Shown: positions 1 to 14,672 of the stretch, in pieces
Position numbering within the stretch: position 1 is the stretch's first letter
How the letters are laid out: each line of letters opens with the position of its first letter
NCBI RefSeq assembly: GCF_963921235.1
Contig: NC_086106.1
Location: 23,064,001-23,128,000, forward strand
Direction: 5' to 3'
DNA length: 64,000 nucleotides
Source of the DNA: Mobula hypostoma
Taxonomy: Eukaryota
Position numbers and translations under genes: made by a program
Notes under the pieces: generated by a model
What the model was told of the DNA's origin: nothing
Seen by the model: only the letters and a program-made list of their open reading frames with translations
Databases searched by the model: none

Positions 1-3000
1 GCACTAAAAAGTAAGGTTCAAAGCATCCTGGACAGAAGTCTAGTGCTAGTGGTGGAGCTACAGCAAAAGGCGCCTTGAACAGCCACAAAAGCAAAGTGAA
101 CCCTTGCAAGTACTATGGCGCGGAACATGGAAGAGACAAGCAGCAATGCCTAGCATACGGAGCGGTGAGTAACACGTATGGCATTCGAAATCACTTTGCA
201 AGGGTATGCAAACAGAAGCCCGTGCATGGCGTGGAAGCACAAAGCGATAACCAAATCGACAGTGACAGCAGCACCGAGTTTATCGACAATGTCATGCTAG
301 TGGTCAACAGGTTGAAGACAAAGGATGACGTATTCGCACAGAAGCTCATCAATAGAAAACTAATATACTTCCAAGTCGTCAGTGGGGCAGCAATTAACAT
401 TTATTGCCGCAAATACTTGAACGGCGTATTCGACACAGTAAGACAATACACAAATAAATAAATAAATAATAAAAAAAAAACTGATGATGTGGAACACGAC
501 CATCATGGATGCAGGACGGGTGTGCAGAGTGAAATTGCCTAACCCCAGGACGCCCCGCAAGTATTCTGTCGAATCTGTCGTGATCACTTACGACGTTACA
601 CCATTGCTGGGAAGCAGGGCCAGCCAGCAAATGAAGGTGATTCCGGTCAACAATGACAATGAAAAACATTGCATACCAGAAGAGCGCTATGCAGAGGTGT
701 TCGATGATGCGTTCGGGGTGCTTCCGGGTACAGCCCACGTTCAGATTGTTGAGAAAATTCCACCCACAGTGTTACCCCCAGGACGTCCACCTTACGCTAT
801 GAAGCGGAAAGTGAAAGCTGAGCTTGATCCACTGGTAGAGCGCAACGTGATAGCTCCAGTCCATGAACCTACAAGGTGGGTTAGCTAGTTGATAGTCGCA
901 GAGAAGGAGAACGGCAATCTTAGGATATGCATTGACCCTCGACGTTGAACCAGCGCTGCGGAGAGAATACTACCCTCCTCCCCCTTCCGGTGATGGAGGG
1001 CATTTTACCAGAACCTAGCAGGGCTCAGGTTTTCAGCAATCTTGATATCAGTTCTGCATTCTGGCAAATGTAATTGGACAGTGAATCAAGCGTGCTCACC
1101 ACTTTCAACACACCTTTCGGGTGGTATAGATGACCCGCTTGGAACCAGCGTTTCATCACAGATCTTCCAGCGCAGACTGCATCAGGAGCTGCAAGGACTT
1201 CTGGGAGGGCTGTGCGTCGCAGACGACATTATGGTGTAGGGAAAAGGGGGAAAGCAGGAAAAAGCAATTGCCGATCATGTTGTGAAACTTCAGCAGCAAT
1301 TACAGCGTTGTTTAGGGCAGCATATCAGCTGAACAAGAACAAATCTGTCTTCAGAGCCACGGAAATACCCCATTTGGGGCATCTCATCACAAGTGAAAAA
1401 TTTCAGCCTGAACCAAAAAAAGTCGCTGACGTTCTCAGCGTGCCAGCACCCACGGATGTGCAGGGAGTGCTGCGATTGATAGGATTTGTCAACTACCTGA
1501 GCCGTTTTCTCCCAAGTCTCTCAGATACCCTTGAGCCAAGAAGACAGCTGACAAAGCCAGATGTAGCATGGGAGTGGTCAGCTGAGCAGTAAAACTTTCT
1601 CTCCAAGATGAAGCGAATAGTATCCGAAGCACCGGTGTTAACACACTACATTTCTAAGGAAGAGCTAACCATCCAATGTGACGCCAGTAACAAAGGCCTA
1701 GGGGCAGCACTCCTCTAGAATGGATAACCGATCGCATATGCAAGTATAGCGCTGACGGACACAGAAACGCGTTACGCGGCGATCGAAAACTAAATGTTCG
1801 CAATTGTTTTCGCAGTTGAGCGTTTTCGTCAAAACACTTTTGACCGCTTCACAAGAGTACTCAGCGATCAGAAGCCGCTCAAAACGATAATTAATAAGCC
1901 GCTGGTGAGGGCAACAAAGCACCTTCAGGGACTGTTCTTTCGCCTGCAGACCTAAGACATCAACATCACCTACTGTCAAGGAAAAATCATGCACCTCGCG
2001 GATACGCTATCGCGAGCATTTAGCGATACTCCTGGCCTGGGGAACAGCTTACACGAAGTCAACATGCTATCGCACCTGCCAATCCGCGATGAGCGTCTGG
2101 AGCAGATTCGCATAGAAACTGCGGAAGATGACACACTACAGATGTTGGAACGCGTAATCATCAGCAGATGGCTGAGCAAACGGGACGCGCTACCATAGCA
2201 ACTCTGACCTCACTATAGCTATTGGGATGAGTTCGCAGTGGAAGACGGCTTAATCTTCGGAGTTGAGCGTGTCATCATACCGCAAAGTGAGTGAAAACAA
2301 ATGAAGGGAATAATTCATACATCACACTTAGGCGTAGAAGAAAGCCTCAAACGCGCACAAGAATGTATTTTTTTTGGCCAGGCATGAGCAGCGACATCAA
2401 GCAATACATTGCTACATGCGATGTTTCTTCCACATAAGAAATCAGTCAGCAGAAATAATCGCTTATGAGGTACCCGATCGGCCGTGCGATAAGATAGGTA
2501 CTGACCTGTTTACATTCGAAGGAAATGAGTACCTCGTCACCGTTGAATACTACAGTAATTTCTTCGAGGTAAATCTTTGCGATACGACCAGCGCAGCTGT
2601 TATTCGCAAATTGAAGGCTCATTATGCGAGTTATGGTAGCCCTACACACGTGGTTAGTGAAAATGGGCCACAATAAACGTCAACGGAGTTTCACAGATTT
2701 GCACGAGAGTGGCATTTTGAGTACTTGCGTAGCAGCCCCGGAAATAGCAAAGCGAATTGAAAAGCTGAATCAGCAGTGAAAACAGCTAAGTGGATCCTCA
2801 CAAAGAGCTATATTTCGCGAGCAGACCTCGCTCCTCCAGATCCTTGCAACACAACTTCGCAGGGGCTCAGCACGAGTCCTGTCCAGCGTTTGATGATTCG
2901 CCGCACGTGCACGCATGCACGCTCCTGCCTACACCATCGAGTTTACAAGAACCCGGAGTTGTACACGAAAGCGAGAGCGTGAAACAACGCGTCCAGTAGC

Positions 3001-3240
3001 AGGCCGAAAATTACAGCAAATCAGCAAAAGATTTGCCCCAGTCGATGAAGGGGATAGCGTGTGCATGCAAACCCTGATGCAAGGTAAAAAGAATTGGGAC
3101 AAAGCAAATGTGTGCCGGCGCCTTGATGAGCGTTCATAGGCAGTTCAAACCCCTTCTGGGATCTACCGACGTAATGGCATACATCTATGAAAGACAGCTG
3201 AGGAACCACCTGAAAAGCTAATCACATATGAACAGGCAAA
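1..3240 (+). mobile_element. Degenerate Ty3/Gypsy LTR retrotransposon internal region (gag zinc knuckle, protease, RT, RNase H, integrase) with many stops and frameshifts
   Basis: ORF 75-461 has a decayed CCHC knuckle (NPCKYYGAEH...NHFARVC) and a protease-like FQVVSGAAINI. RT motifs follow (VIAPVHEPTRWVS; CVADDIMV at 1212-1235), then RNase H CDASNKGLGAAL (~1676-1712) and integrase (IGTDLFTFEGNEYLVTVEYYSNFFEV; VVSENGPQ). The element probably continues left of the window; no LTR was assigned. Confidence 0.9.
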
Positions 3241-3504
3241 ACCAGGTGAATGAACCGAGATCAATGACCAAAGTGTGCCGACTGTATCAAATGCACACAG
3301 CTAAACACTGGGAGAGGCTAATGACACAACACGAACGTTGAGACATGCAAATAACAAACAAAAGGAGACGGACAAAACAGTAAAACGTCGTTCTGGCCGC
3401 ACAGAGAAAAGGCCACAATACCCATAAGACTTTGGCCCAAATTGCATAATTGCATGAACAATTGAACTTTTTGGCATTTTAATGTCAATTTTATACTAAC
3501 GGTC

Positions 3505-3991
3505 AACTGTTCCTCTGAGTTGTGCAGGTCCCGGCTCCCTGTTCTGTGTGTGAGTCCCGGCCCTATGTCCTGTACCCAAGGAGGGGTTCCGACCCTGTGT
3601 TCTGTGTATGTGTCCATGGTTCCATGTACCTGCTTTCCCGAGATCGAGGCTCTGGTTTCCATGTTCCTCCTCTCCCTAGGCCCTGTCCTGTCCATGCCTG
3701 GTTCTGGGGACGAGCCCGAGGCAAGACCCAGGTCCTGGGTCTTTGCCCAGTTTCGGGCTCGGAGTCCATACCCTATCCTCTGCATGTCCCATTTAGTGTG
3801 AGCCGATTCCGAGTCCAAGCCCAGACCCTTGGACACAGCCTAGTCGTAGTCCTGAGTCCATGTCCAGTTCGCTATTTCCTGCTCCTGCCTTGCTCTCCTG
3901 GTATCGATCAATAAGTTAAATCCAAGTAACCTCACAAGATTTGTCTTGCATTTGGGTCAACCCTTGCTCCCAATTCCCCGGCAATGTGACA
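3505..3991 (+). mobile_element. Partial LTR-like repeat, same family as 37517-38799, 45533-46685, 21819-22140 and 63809-64000
   Basis: Shares 'tcctgt.cccaaggagggg...ccgac.ctgtgttctg' and the 3' end 'ttgcatttgggtc...tgACA' with the other copies. The 5' boundary is approximate. Confidence 0.6.
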
Positions 3992-5288
3992 CTCGTGCAA
4001 TCCACCAATCCACCGCCTTTGCACTTTGTACAGAGTACTTTATTTGATTTTATCACATAATCCCAAATATTCACACTTATTGCCACGACTTAGTGACGTC
4101 TGCATTTTCATACTAGTCATTTTTTAATCAAGCCACAAATTCATGCATGATATTCAGAAGCCTACGAGCATGGAAATACAAAACCTTCAGTGCTGCATTT
4201 TTCGGCCTTTTTGTTGTTGCCTCTGTGGTACTGTTAACTTTTTGCTCTCTCTGCCTGTACACCCGATCTTTGGTTTGACTTTCCTTACGTTCATGTTACA
4301 TCCGTCAACTACCCGTAAACTCTGTCTCATCCTCAGCTCTATCTGAGTATTTCCCGTCTCACTGTCATATTATTTTAAAACACTCCCAACAACTTCAGTA
4401 ATTCTGCCCGAAAGAATATTGCCTCATTCGGAGTCATCTCCAACCCATCCCTTTTGCACGAGTCCCGCATGCCTCAGAAGAGATCTCAATTATCGAGAAA
4501 CCAGAATCTTTACCTCCTGCTCCAATTCCTAACCACCCATTTATCTGCCTCCTTATTCTATTCCTATGCTCAATGTCGCACGGCACAGGCAGCAATCTCG
4601 AGGTTACTACACTTGAGGTCCTGCTACTCAGTTTCCTTCTTAACTCTCTATTTTATTTTTTTTTCAGGAGCTCCTCCTGGTTTTTTCCTATGTCGTTGAT
4701 ACTAATTGGTACCCCAAATCCTGGCTGCTTATACTCATTTTTCATACATTCTGGTCGCGTCTAGATACGTTTATAATCCCACGACCCGTGAGGTAATCTG
4801 CCCTCCATGTTTTCTTTTTGGTCCACAAATTCTCCTATGTGATAGCTGACTATACTGTCCACTGTTACTGCTGTTTTCGTCTTCGGTTCCTTACTGTTCT
4901 GTGCCACAGGGCCAAAGTCTATGCGAGAAGCTTAGCCTCTGTTGTTTTCCCCATTTAGGCAGATATTCCCAAACAGTACTCAAAACGAATAACTTATTGT
5001 TGAGGTGTGCTCACCACTATCTGTTTTCATCTCATCCCTCTCCTGACAATCACATTAATCTGTCTCCTATTGAATTGGCGTGACTGTTGCTCCTGACTAT
5101 CCCTATTTCACTTTTCCTAACAAGGCAAAGTTAGAAACCATATAAACCATAGAAACTGCAGCAGAGAAACAGGCCTTTTGGCCCTTCTTGGCTGTGCCGA
5201 ACAACTTTCTGCCTAGTCCCACTGACCTGCACACGGACCGTATCCCTCCATACCCCTCCCATCCATATATCAGTCCAATTTATCCTTA

Positions 5289-5903
5289 TGTACGGGGTCT
5301 TTCTTTTGTTACTTTTAAAATGGCGACTTTGTTATGTTAATCTGGGGAATGCGGCTTTGTTGTGCTTTAACACTGAACAGAGTTTGCGCTAGCAGTTTGT
5401 TTTACTTTAAATTGAGATAGCAGGATTCTATTAACCAATGGGTGGTTATGTATCGTTTTGTTTTCGGATACCATGCTGTATGATATGACTGTGGACTGGC
5501 TTTTGGCGGGGAGTCGGAGGAGAGACGAGGAGGACCGCGGACGTGCGGAGAGGCTCCGGTCGATCACTCAGGGTGGTCCCGAGCCATGAATCGACGGAAT
5601 TCGGGTGGTCGTCTGAAGTCGTATTGAGCTCCAACGGTAGCGCGCGAAGAACTTGGACTTTGGACTTTGATAACTGTTGGCGCTTTTTTTTTCATTGCTT
5701 TCCTCTCTGTATCAAATGTATATTAATGTCATAGAATTAATAATATCTATAAAGGGTATTTGTTAAAATTTACTGGGTGTGCAGGCTGATGATTGATGTT
5801 GTGATTTATTCGGGTGGCCACCAACCGTGTGGGGAGTGTTGAGGCGGGTGCTGGGCTGGATTTCCCCTGGACATACACGAGCCAAATATAACGGAACGTT
5901 ACA
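5289..5903. mobile_element. Solo LTR (615 bp) with 4-bp TSD CTTA, inserted in the CR1 3' region
   Basis: Begins TGTACG and ends GTTACA. CTTA flanks it at 5285-5288 and 5904-5907, and CR1 sequence resumes on both sides. Confidence 0.8.
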
Positions 5904-8809
5904 CTTAAATGTTAAAAAAAGAACCCGCATTTACCACCTCATCTGGCAGCTCCCACCACGCCCTGTGTGAAGAAGCACCCCCTCCCTAATGTGCCCTTTA
6001 AACTCCCCCCCCCCACCCTTAACCCATATCCACTGATTTTTTTCTCCCTTTGCCTCAGTGGAAAAAGCCTGCTTGGATTCACTCTATCTATACCCATCAT
6101 AATTTTTATATACCTCTATCAAATCACGCCTGATTCTTCTAAGCTCCAGGGAATAAAGTCCTAACCTATTCAACCGTTCTCTGTAACTGAGTTTCTCAAG
6201 TCCTGGCAACATCCTTGTAAACCTTCTCTGCACTCTTTCAACCATATTTATATCCTTCCTGTAATTTGGTGACCAAAACTGAACACAATACTCCAGATTC
6301 GGCCTCACCAATGCCTTATACAACCTCATCATAACTTTCCAGCTCTTATACTCAATACTTTCATTAATAACGGCCAATGTACCAAAAGCTCTCTTTCCGA
6401 CCCTATCTACTTGTGACGCCACTTTTAGGGAATTTTGTATCTGTATTCCCAGATCCCTCTGTTCCACTGCACTCCTCAGTGCCTTACCATTAACCCTCTA
6501 TGTTCTACCTTGGTCTGTCCTTCCAACGTGCAATAACTCACACTTGTCTGTATTAAACTCCATTTGCCATTTTTCAGCCCATTGTTTCAGCTGGTCCAAG
6601 TCCCTCTGCAGGCTCTGAAAACTTTCCTCACTGTCCACTACACCTCCAATCTTTGTAACATCAGCAAATTTGCTGATCCAATTTACAATATTATCATCAG
6701 ATCATTGATATAGATGACAAATAACACTGGACCCAGCACTGATCCCTGTGGCACACCACTAGTCACAGATCTCCACTCAAAGAAGCAATTCTCTACCACC
6801 ACTCTTTGGCTTCTTCCATTGAGCCAATGTCGAATCCAATTTACCACATCTCCATGTATACCTAGCGACTGAATTTTCCTAATTAACCTCCCATGCGGGA
6901 CCTTGTCAAAGGCTTTACTGAAAGCCATGTAGACAATATCCACTGCATTCCCTTCATCCACTTTCCTGGTAACATCCTCGAAAAACTCCAATAGATTGGT
7001 CAAACATGACCTACCACGCATAAAGCCATGTTGACACTCCCTAATAAGTCCCTGCCTATCCAAATGTTTGTATATTCTGTCCCTTAGTACTCTCTCCAAT
7101 AATTTACCTACTGCCGACGCTGAACACACCGGCTTATAATTTCCCGGATTAATTTTCGATACTTTTTTAAACAACGGAACAACATGAGCCACTCTCCAAT
7201 CCTCCGGCACTTCACCATAGACAGCGTCATTTTTAATATTTCAGCCAGGGCCTATGCAATTTCAACACTAGTCTCCTTCAAGGGCCGAGGGAACACTCTG
7301 TCAGGTCCCGGGGATTTATCCACTTTAATTTTCCTCATGACAGCAAGCACCTCCTCCTTTTCAATCTGTACAGTTTCCATGGTCTCACTACTTGATTCCC
7401 TCAATTCCATAGACTTCATGCCAGTTTCCTTAGTAAATACAGACACAAAAAAACTACTTAAGATCTCCCCCTTTTCCTTTGGTTCCGCACATAGCTAACC
7501 ACTCTCAAGAACACCAATTTTATCCCTTACAATCCTTTTGCTCTTAATGTACTTGTAAAAGCTCTTTGGATTATCCTTCACTTTGACTACCAATGCAACC
7601 TCATGTCTTCTTTTAGCCCTCCTGATTTCTTTCTTAAGTATTTTCTTGCACTTCTTATACTCCTCAAGCACCTGATTTATCCCCTGTTTCCTATACATTT
7701 CATACAACTCCCTCTTCTTCGTTATCAGAATTGCAATATCCCAGGAGAATCAAGGTTCCTTATTCCCATTAAATTTGCCTTTAATCCTGACAGGAACATA
7801 CAAACTCTGCACTCTTAAATTTTCCCCTTTGAAGGCTTCCCACCTACCAATCGCATCTTTGCCAGAGAACAACCTGTCGCATTTTACGCTTTTTAGATCC
7901 TTTCTCATTTCTTCAAATTTGGCCTTTTTTCCAGTTCAGAACCTCAACCCTAGGACCAGATCTGTCCTTGTCCATGATCAAATTGAAGCTAATGGTGTTA
8001 TGATCACTGGAAGCAAAGTGCTCCCCTACACAGACTTCCGTCACTTACCCGAACTCGTTTCATAACAGGAAATCCAATATTGCATTCCCTCTAATTGGTC
8101 CCTCTATATATTGATTTAGAAAACTTTCCTGAACACATTTTACAAACTCTAAACCATCTATTCCCCTAACAGTATTGGAGTCCCAATCAATGTATTGAAA
8201 ATGAAAGTCTCCTACGACCACAACTTTATGTTACCTGCAGTTGCCTGCTATCTGTCTGCAGATTTGCTCTTCCAAGTCTTGTTGATATTGGGTGTTCTGT
8301 AATACAATCCCACTGATGTGGGCATACCTTTCCTGTTTCTCAGCTCCACCCATAAGGACTCAGTAGACAAGCCCTCTAATCTGTCCTCCCTGAGCACTGC
8401 TGTAATGTTTTCCCTAACAAACAATGCTACTCCCCCACCTTTCGTTCCTCTGCCTCGATCACATCTGAAACATCGGAACCCTGGAATATTAAGCTGCCAA
8501 TCCTGCCCCTCCTGTAGCCAAGTCTCACTAATTGCTATAACATCATAATTCCACGTGACAATCCACGCCCTCAACTCATCCGCCTTCCCCGCAATACCCC
8601 TGGCATTGAAGTATGTACACCTCAGAAGATTTTTACCACCACTCACAACCTTTCTATCAGCGGATTTGCTTAAACTTTCACCCCAGCCACACTGTTCATC
8701 GAGCTCCTGGTCCAGCTCCCTTATACGGACTCTACCGATCTGCAGTTAGATGCACCTGGCGCACATGTAGACATCGGAGCGGATGGAGATCTCCTGAAAA
8801 TACCACAAC

Positions 8810-11800
8810 CAGGAGACTTTCGGGTCATGAAGGGAATGGTGGCGTTAAGAAAAGGTCTCCCGACAAAGAAGATTGTAAACTGCCCCAGAATCGAAATTAG
8901 ACAAATACTTAATATTGTATAACTATATTAATAAAAGAGGCAAATATGATGTCGAAGAACAAGATTAAAAAGTCCGCTCAGAATGCTGATAAACACAAAG
9001 AGACGCATCAAGGCAACTGACCTAGCTTCCCGACGGCAAGACAGGACAGAGATAATGAGGAGGAGTCGGTGAATCTGTCTTTGATTCTCAGACAGATTGC
9101 GTGTTCCGACAAGATAACAACAAACAGCTGGAAGATATTAACGGAGAAATAGTAAAAACGAATTTGAGGATAGATGAATCCGAAGGGAGGATTGTAGGAA
9201 TTGAGGAGACGCTGCAAAATGTAGAGGAAGTGATAGCTGAAATGTTAAAGCTGCAAGAGCAGCTCCATTGGAAGCTAATAGACCAAGAAGGCCGCTCAAT
9301 AAGGGAAAATGTGAGGATCTACGAAGTTCCCAAGGAACTGAAGGTAAACCTGGATGGATGATTTCCCTCGTGACGAAGCTGCTTAGAGAGAACCTTGATA
9401 TGCCTGACGCAAAAGACCTGCAGATAGAAAGGGCCCACCGCACGTTAGCAGCACAGCCCCCGACAGGCGCCCAGCCCATATCAATTCTGGTCAGATCTCT
9501 CTGTTACAGAACGAAGGAAGAGGTGCTTAAACGGGCATGGAAAACGAAAGGTTTCATGTGGAGCAATTGTAGAAACAGTTTAGACCACGATTACTCACCG
9601 GATATCCTTGCCATACGGAAGGAATATGTGTTAACACGGACGGTCCTGAAGGAAAACAACATCAGATTCCAGACCCTACATCCGGCACGGCTGAGAGACT
9701 TTTACACGAAGGGACGAAAACTTACGCTATGGCGGAGAAAGCAACGTCGGACCTGGCGGACCGGAGACAGCCTATAAAAGTTATCACCCAACCAGAGTTG
9801 CTACAGGAGAGGATTAGGCAGAAGTCATTGCAGCCAGTGCGGCGAGGACGCTCCACACGAACCGGAGTATCAACCTACGAGGAAAATCTGCAAATATTCA
9901 GACGCGAATGTACAGAGAGTACAGATTAATTAAGAGAAATGACTGAAAAGAGTAAATCGGACTTAAAGGTAAACACTAGACGGAATAACTTGAATGATAG
10001 CAATATGGTCGAGACATAAATAGGAGAGCATTCTCTATGATTGCTCACACTGCGGAGGGCCCTCTAACACAGTGTGAAGATAGAGGTTATCCCTCTGAAC
10101 TGAGGCGGGTCCGTACTCAGACATCACTGTTGGAAGTCGGGAAATTTTTCATATGTTATACGTTCAAAAATGCCTAGGGTGTGGTTTACTGTTGAGAAGG
10201 GATTGATTACTGTTTGGTTAGAAAAGGAGAGTGTTTTTTTATTCTTTTCTACAAGAGAAAAATGGAAATTGAACTGATAAAAATAATTTCCTACAATCTT
10301 AGCGGGGTTTTGAATCAAATTAAAAGAAATAAGGTTGTGTCTAAATTGAAAAAATAAAGGAGGGCACAAATAGTTTTCCTGCAGGAAAGACATATGAGCC
10401 AATCTGAACATGAAAAATTAAAAATAATGGGCTTTAAGCATGTATTTTTATCATCATATAAATTGAGCCACAAAAGAGGGGTAGCTACTTCAATATCAAG
10501 TACTCTTAATTATGAACATATTTCAGAGACTAAAGACAAACATGGACGATTTTCAAAAAAAATACAGGAAGAATAGAAGGTACAGAAATAACGTTGCTGA
10601 ATGTTTATGTTCCGCCAGTTTGTGAATGGTCATTCTATAGACATATTTTTGCCCTAATGGTCAAATCTCAAGGGGTAGTAATCTGTGGAGGGGATTTTAA
10701 TATTAGGTTATATCCTGCATTAGATTCTTCAAGAATAGTTACGCAGCATAAACCTCCGACTCGGAAAATGAATTTTTTGATGGAGGAGTTGGGAATTATA
10801 GATGGTCGGAGGGAATTACACCACACTGGTAAAGATTATACACATTACTCTTTCCATCATTCAGCCTATTCAAGGAAAGACTGTTTCTTTATATTTAATA
10901 CAGATAGACTCAGGATAAAAGACTGTAATATTGCAAGAATTGATCTGTCGGATCACAGCCCAGTCTCTATGTCTCTAATCCTGGAAAGGAAAATGAGGAA
11001 ACCACTATGGCGGTTAAATTCACACATACTCAATAACCTAAAAGCAATGGAGAGATTAAGGGGAGTAATCAAAGAATGCCTAGACCCTAAAGACACGGAA
11101 GAAACATCACCAGTGATCTTATGGGATACATTGAAAGCTGTACTGAGAGGGAAAATTATTTTCATTACCACTCACATGAAAAAAAAAATCAATGCACAAA
11201 AATTAGCAGACATTCAAGGAAAATTGAAACAACTTCAAGTTGTAGATTGCAACAAAAGTAATTCTAATTTAAAACAGGAAATTGGGAATTTGCAAAGTGA
11301 AATTGATGATATTTATACATTGGAAACTCAAAAAATTTTCCCTACCTGAGATAAAAGAGTTATGTAGTAGGAGGTATTCGGCTAGATTATTAGTATATAA
11401 TTACGTAAACAACAAGCAGACAATACAATTCATAAAATAAGGAATCCAAAAACAAAGCTTGTGGAGAGTACGATAGGGAAAATTAAAGAGCGTTTTGAAA
11501 CATATTTTCGGGAGCTGTACTCCGAACCCCGGGCCTCCAATGAGCCGTATATAGATACTTTATTGAATTCTTTAGATCTACCCAGTTTACAAATTTACAA
11601 AATGGTTGCCTATTAGAACCAGTAACTGCCAAAGAACTGAATGTGGCCATCTCTAGATTAAAGGCTGGAAAGTCTCAAGGTTCTGATGGGCTTACCTCAG
11701 AGTGGTACAAATCGCTTATGTCACAGTTAGCCCTATTACTACTTAACACCTTTAATTGGATCTTGCAGAGAGGAGAAACTCCACCTTCCTGGAGAGAAGC

Positions 11801-14672
11801 GATGATTTCAATTATTCCTAAAGAGGGTAAAGATAAACCAGAATGTGGTCATTATCGGCCAGTTAGCGTTCCTTAATTTAGATTACAAATTATTTACATC
11901 TACATTAGCGCGCAGATTGGAAAAGCGCTTACCTGGCCTAATCCACTAAGACCAGACTGGATTTATTCAACAAAGACAAACACAGGACAACATAAGGAGA
12001 ACTCTACACGTACTAGAACTGATTACTAAGAACAGGACAGAGACAATGGTAGTGGGATTAGACGCTGAGAAAGCTTTTGATTCAGTTAGTTTGGCATTCC
12101 TATACAGAGTGTTCGGAAAATGCGGCTTTCAGGAAAAGTTCATTAAAGTAATCCAGGCTGTATATAACAGCCCTGAAACTCGAAATAAGATAAATGGAGA
12201 CCTCTCTGGCTTCCTTATTTTAGAGAATGGCACTAGACAGAAATGCCCAACTTCTGCTCTCCTTTTTTGCGCTACACATTGAACTGCTTGCCCAACTAAT
12301 AAGACAGAGCGAAATTGTAAAAGGTATCAAGGCGGCTAAGATTGAACAGAAAATGGAATTATTCGCAGATGATGTTTTAGACTATCTGAGTGAACCAGAA
12401 AAATCATGCATAGGATTGTTTACACTGTTGGATGATTTTGGGGAAATACCAGGTTATAAAATAAATGTAAAAAAAAAACGCAAGTTATGTCCCTAAATTC
12501 TACGCCATCCAAAAAACTGCAGGATACATATAATCTTAACTGGGAAGCTAAATCATTAAAATATTTAGGAATAACCCTGCCGAAAGATCTTTCAACGCTG
12601 TTACAGGTGAATTATGGGCCATTAATTTCAGAGATAAAAGCAGATATACATAGATGGAATCTTACCCCCTTTTTAAGTTTAAATTCAAGGATAAATGCCA
12701 TTAAAATGAATATTCTCCCTCGGTTACTCTATCTTTTCCGGACTTTACCTGTAGAGGTGGATGATAATCAATTCATGGAATGGGACAAATGGATCTCCCG
12801 CTTTATCTGGCAAGGAAGGAAACCTAGAATTCGATATAGCACCTTAAAGTTACGGAAGGAAGGACGGGGTATGGTACATCCTTGTTTGACAAATTATTTT
12901 TATGCTTCACAGATACCCCTCTGTTATATTGGTGTAACAGGGAATATAAGGCAAGATGGAAGGAAATTGAATTTGCACTGGTTGGCAGTTTTCCTCTTCA
13001 AGCCTCAATAGCAGACAAATGATTGATGGCCCAATTGGATAAGATTAAAAACAGCTGGATAAATCTTACATTAAAAGCATGGCAGAAGGTGGTTAATTCG
13101 TGTGGAATCAATAACATGTTAAAACTTTTCAGATGCTGTGCATATGATACCGGATGCCTTCTCTACAGAGGAGATAAAAGATTTGAAGCATGGATAAAGA
13201 AAAGTCTTACAACCTACCTCTCATTAATACATAAAAGAGTATTACAAAGTTTCCAATTCCTGCTGGACAAATATGGCCTAGAACACAATGACTTTTTTTG
13301 GGTACCTTCAAGTACGACACTATGTTAACCAGTGTTATAGATATACAGACTTATCAACCGTAGAATTAGACTTGTTCAAGATTCTGAATTCGGCTTACAT
13401 TTCAATGACAAATAAATTAGTTTCTCGATTATATAATGCACTCTCCCATGCTAAAAATGCAAACACATTGTATATTAAAGAGAAGTGGGAGAAGGAAGCG
13501 TGGGTGGAACTTTCAGAGGAGGTTTGCGGGAAAATATGCAGCTTTCCATGGTCTTCAACTAACTCTTTGACTTGGAGAGAACATTGTTGGAAAAAAATAT
13601 TATAAGATATTTCAAGACCCCATATCAGCAAAAAAATAATAAAATAAAGACACAAACGTGACGTGTTGGAGAACGTGCGGCTCCAAGGAGGCACATCATT
13701 TCCATATTTTCTGGGATTGCCCTAAATTAAGTTTATATTCGAAAGGTATTCATAGAACATTAGTTACGGTATTTGAGACCCAGATACCTCTGAATTTTTG
13801 AGACGCTCTATTTGGGGCATGTATTGTTTTTTGAACAGAAGAAAGAAATAGAGTTCCTGCAGGCCCATTTACCGGCAAGTAAGAAATCAATCAAAAGAAA
13901 GTGGCTGAATCCAACACCACCTACATTTGAAGACAGGCACGAAATTATCTTGGAAATACTTAAAATGGAACAGATGGCTTACTCTCTGAGAATTCAAAAA
14001 GAAAAAAAATCAAATTTGTAATAAATGGATTGAATAGATAACCTCAAAGCGAGTAGACGTTAGATGACTCTCCTAATGATTTATACTGCTCTTCTCATCA
14101 ACGCAGTAATATTGCTAACATAAGGACCCTAGGTCGAATTGTTTACTGTGATTTTTGTTCTTTTTTTGGAAAATGGAGAATTAACACAAGTAAAGAAAAA
14201 GATTTAGGAAAGGGAAAAACATGATAAAATTAAGTAAATAAGTACATAGGGATTGGATAATTATGTTTGGGTGGTAGACGCAAACATGAACGAGTTAGGA
14301 TATAAACACTTACAATGGTAGTTACATAGGCTTTACATACAATATCTTGGACCAGAAAGAAATGGTCCAGAGGTGATATATGGAAATTATTATTAATCCA
14401 CTAATCCAGTATTATTACTATTTTTCTTAACAACTAATATCATTACTTAGCCTAATAGAGTAGAATTTTTACTGCACACAATTATCTACTTAAGTGCCTA
14501 ATTTATTTTTTATATCTTCTGAATGTGAACTTAGAAATGTATAAATATTTATAGATTTATACATATATTTTAAAAATTGGAACAAATAAGATTATAGAAG
14601 TGAAAAGAAAATCATGGTACATGTGAATTCCTTATCCAAATAAAAAAGAAGAAGAAGAAAAAAAAAAGAAAG
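8810..14672 (+). mobile_element. Near full-length degenerate L1-clade LINE (ORF1 ~8946-9930, ORF2 ~10260-14030, poly(A) tail) with 9-bp TSD
   Basis: L1 ORF1-type motifs (IERAHRTL, RFQTLHPARLR). APE (FLQERH, NVYVP, GGDFNIRL, DLSDHSPV) and RT (KSQGSDGLTSEWYK, GLDAEKAFDSV, LFADDVL, KYLGITL) follow. A-rich tail at 14637-14672. TACCACAAC is repeated at 8801-8809 and 14673-14681. Confidence 0.92.

Noticed and set aside
4030-5100. Possible very old LINE remnant
   Set aside because: Only scattered CR1-like words; strand and boundaries could not be supported.
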